DNA of 64,000 nt from Nitrospirota bacterium (lineage in GTDB: Bacteria; Nitrospirota; UBA9217): NCBI GenBank assembly GCA_035623825.1, contig DASPSR010000042.1, positions 11,669 to 75,668 of the forward strand. Reading direction: 5' to 3'. Of this stretch, positions 63,217 to 64,000 are shown piece after piece. Position 1 is the first letter of the stretch. The number at the start of each line of letters is the position of its first letter. Both the position numbers and the translations under genes were made by a program. The notes under the pieces are model-generated. The model made no database searches. It saw only the letters and a program-made list of their open reading frames with translations, and was not told where the DNA came from.

Positions 63217-64000
63217 TTATAATACCACTCCTTTGTCGTTGTATTTCACAGGGATGGGCAGTTCGACGAGAACCCGGGTGCCGGAGTCTGAGAGTATAGT
63301 TATCTTTCCACCTAGTTCCTCAGCCCTGGTCCGCATATTGGACAATCCCCTGCCGCTCTTAATTTGTCCCAACCCAACGCCATCGTCTTCGATGGAAAGC
63401 AAAAGTTTCCCCGTCCCGATCTGAAGGTTTGCGTTAACGGTCCTCGCCCGCGAATGCTTTATGACATTTGTCAGCGCTTCCTTGTAAATCTTGAATAGAT
63501 TCACCCAGAGAAGGCTGCCGGGCGGCTCAAGCGTCTCATCGAAGGAAGTTTTCAGGTCAAAGGCGATCGCGTGGGGTTCGACCATATTGGTGCCCTGATT
63601 CCGGAGCTCTGCCGTTAAAGTCCGCCAGTTGAGGTCTGTGTAGTCAAGGCTGTGCATGAAGCCCCGAATCTCCGATATACCCTCTTTGGAAAGCCTGGAT
63701 ATGACGGACACGGTATTCTTGATTTCAGGGAGGGATGGCGCCTTTTGTGCGAGTTCGGCGAGAATGCTGATGTTGGTCGTTATGCCTCCGATGCCGTCAT
63801 GGAGGTCCATGAGGATTTTCTCTTTTTCTATCCGGAAGCGCTTCTCTTCTTCAATTCTTTTCTGATACTGCTTGACACTCTCTTCGTAAAAATTCTCCTT
63901 TTCTTCCTCCGCCTGTTTGCGTGCGGTAATATCGAAGAGCGTAGCGATGATCGCAGGCTCTCCTTGATACTCGATGATTCCCGCGGTAAGATTGACCCAG
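63217..64000 (-). CDS. sensor histidine kinase, HisKA_3/HATPase_c (NarL-partner type); 5' end beyond window
   Basis: The track ORF starts at 63810. My upstream translation stays open to the window edge: ...GEPAIIATLFDITARKQAEEEKENFYEESVKQYQKRIEEEKRFRIEKEKILMDLHDGIGG. This shows a PAS-domain end, a coiled coil, and the H-box LHDGIGG. The C-terminus has GRGLSNMRTRAEELGG. Confidence 0.85.
   Translation of the reverse strand, partial: WVNLTAGIIEYQGEPAIIATLFDITARKQAEEEKENFYEESVKQYQKRIEEEKRFRIEKEKILMDLHDGIGGITTNISILAELAQKAPSLPEIKNTVSVISRLSKEGISEIRGFMHSLDYTDLNWRTLTAELRNQGTNMVEPHAIAFDLKTSFDETLEPPGSLLWVNLFKIYKEALTNVIKHSRARTVNANLQIGTGKLLLSIEDDGVGLGQIKSGRGLSNMRTRAEELGGKITILSDSGTRVLVELPIPVKYNDKGVVL

Noticed and set aside
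1-64000. A search for CRISPR arrays, transposases, integrases, phage genes or defence-system signatures.
   Set aside because: I saw no regularly spaced direct repeats and no recombinase, nuclease or defence domain signatures in any supported ORF. The only repeats are the cheY-junction duplication and the short CGCAGAG/CTCTGCG elements.

Overview
This 64-kb window has high GC in its coding regions (roughly 55-60% by eye). It looks like an anaerobic Wood-Ljungdahl bacterium; I cannot assign taxonomy from sequence alone. About 50 supported genes lie on the minus strand and only rlmN lies on the plus strand. There are three blocks.

(1) 0.4-21.5 kb is a C1/acetyl-CoA block, read on the minus strand. 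It starts with a sigma70-like promoter near 21.56-21.59 kb. The gene order is cooC-like ATPase, 5-formyl-THF cyclo-ligase, folE, a GltD-like/2x[4Fe-4S]/MvhD fusion, metV, metF, panB, thyX, a second cooC, a DUF2520-type oxidoreductase, acsE, acsD, acsC and acsB. A structured 285-nt leader follows, then nuoE-like, nuoF-like and a selenocysteine formate dehydrogenase. The dehydrogenase has an in-frame UGA at 2163-2165 with a SECIS hairpin, which joins two track ORFs into one gene. No CODH catalytic subunit is present in the window.

(2) 23.3-46.3 kb is one long, tightly packed, co-directional chemosensory cluster. It contains cheA, two cheW, two cheY, cheR, cheB, two MCPs, and HEAT-repeat, GAF, DUF4388/MshEN-like and ExeA-like proteins. 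In its middle it encloses an MtrC/MtrA/MtrB-like trio: a lipoprotein decaheme, a periplasmic decaheme and a 652-aa beta-barrel. A PF04392-type binding protein follows the trio and is translationally coupled to an MCP. This is the most unusual feature of the window. The cluster also carries a roughly 315-bp segmental duplication (the 3' end of the first gene plus the 5' half of cheY) flanking a roughly 410-bp AT-rich insert.

(3) 46.4-64 kb is mostly housekeeping: yajQ, lolA-like, ftsK, an MDR dehydrogenase, RNase J, pycB/pycA, a degenerate NlpC/P60-DUF1460 protein, tRNA-Leu(GAG) and ilvE. It also holds an 850-bp AT-rich ORF-poor island and a NarL-type two-component pair, whose kinase is truncated by the window edge.

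I saw no CRISPR array, rRNA, transposase or integrase. All functional calls rest on my recognition of motifs in the supplied translations; no searches were run.
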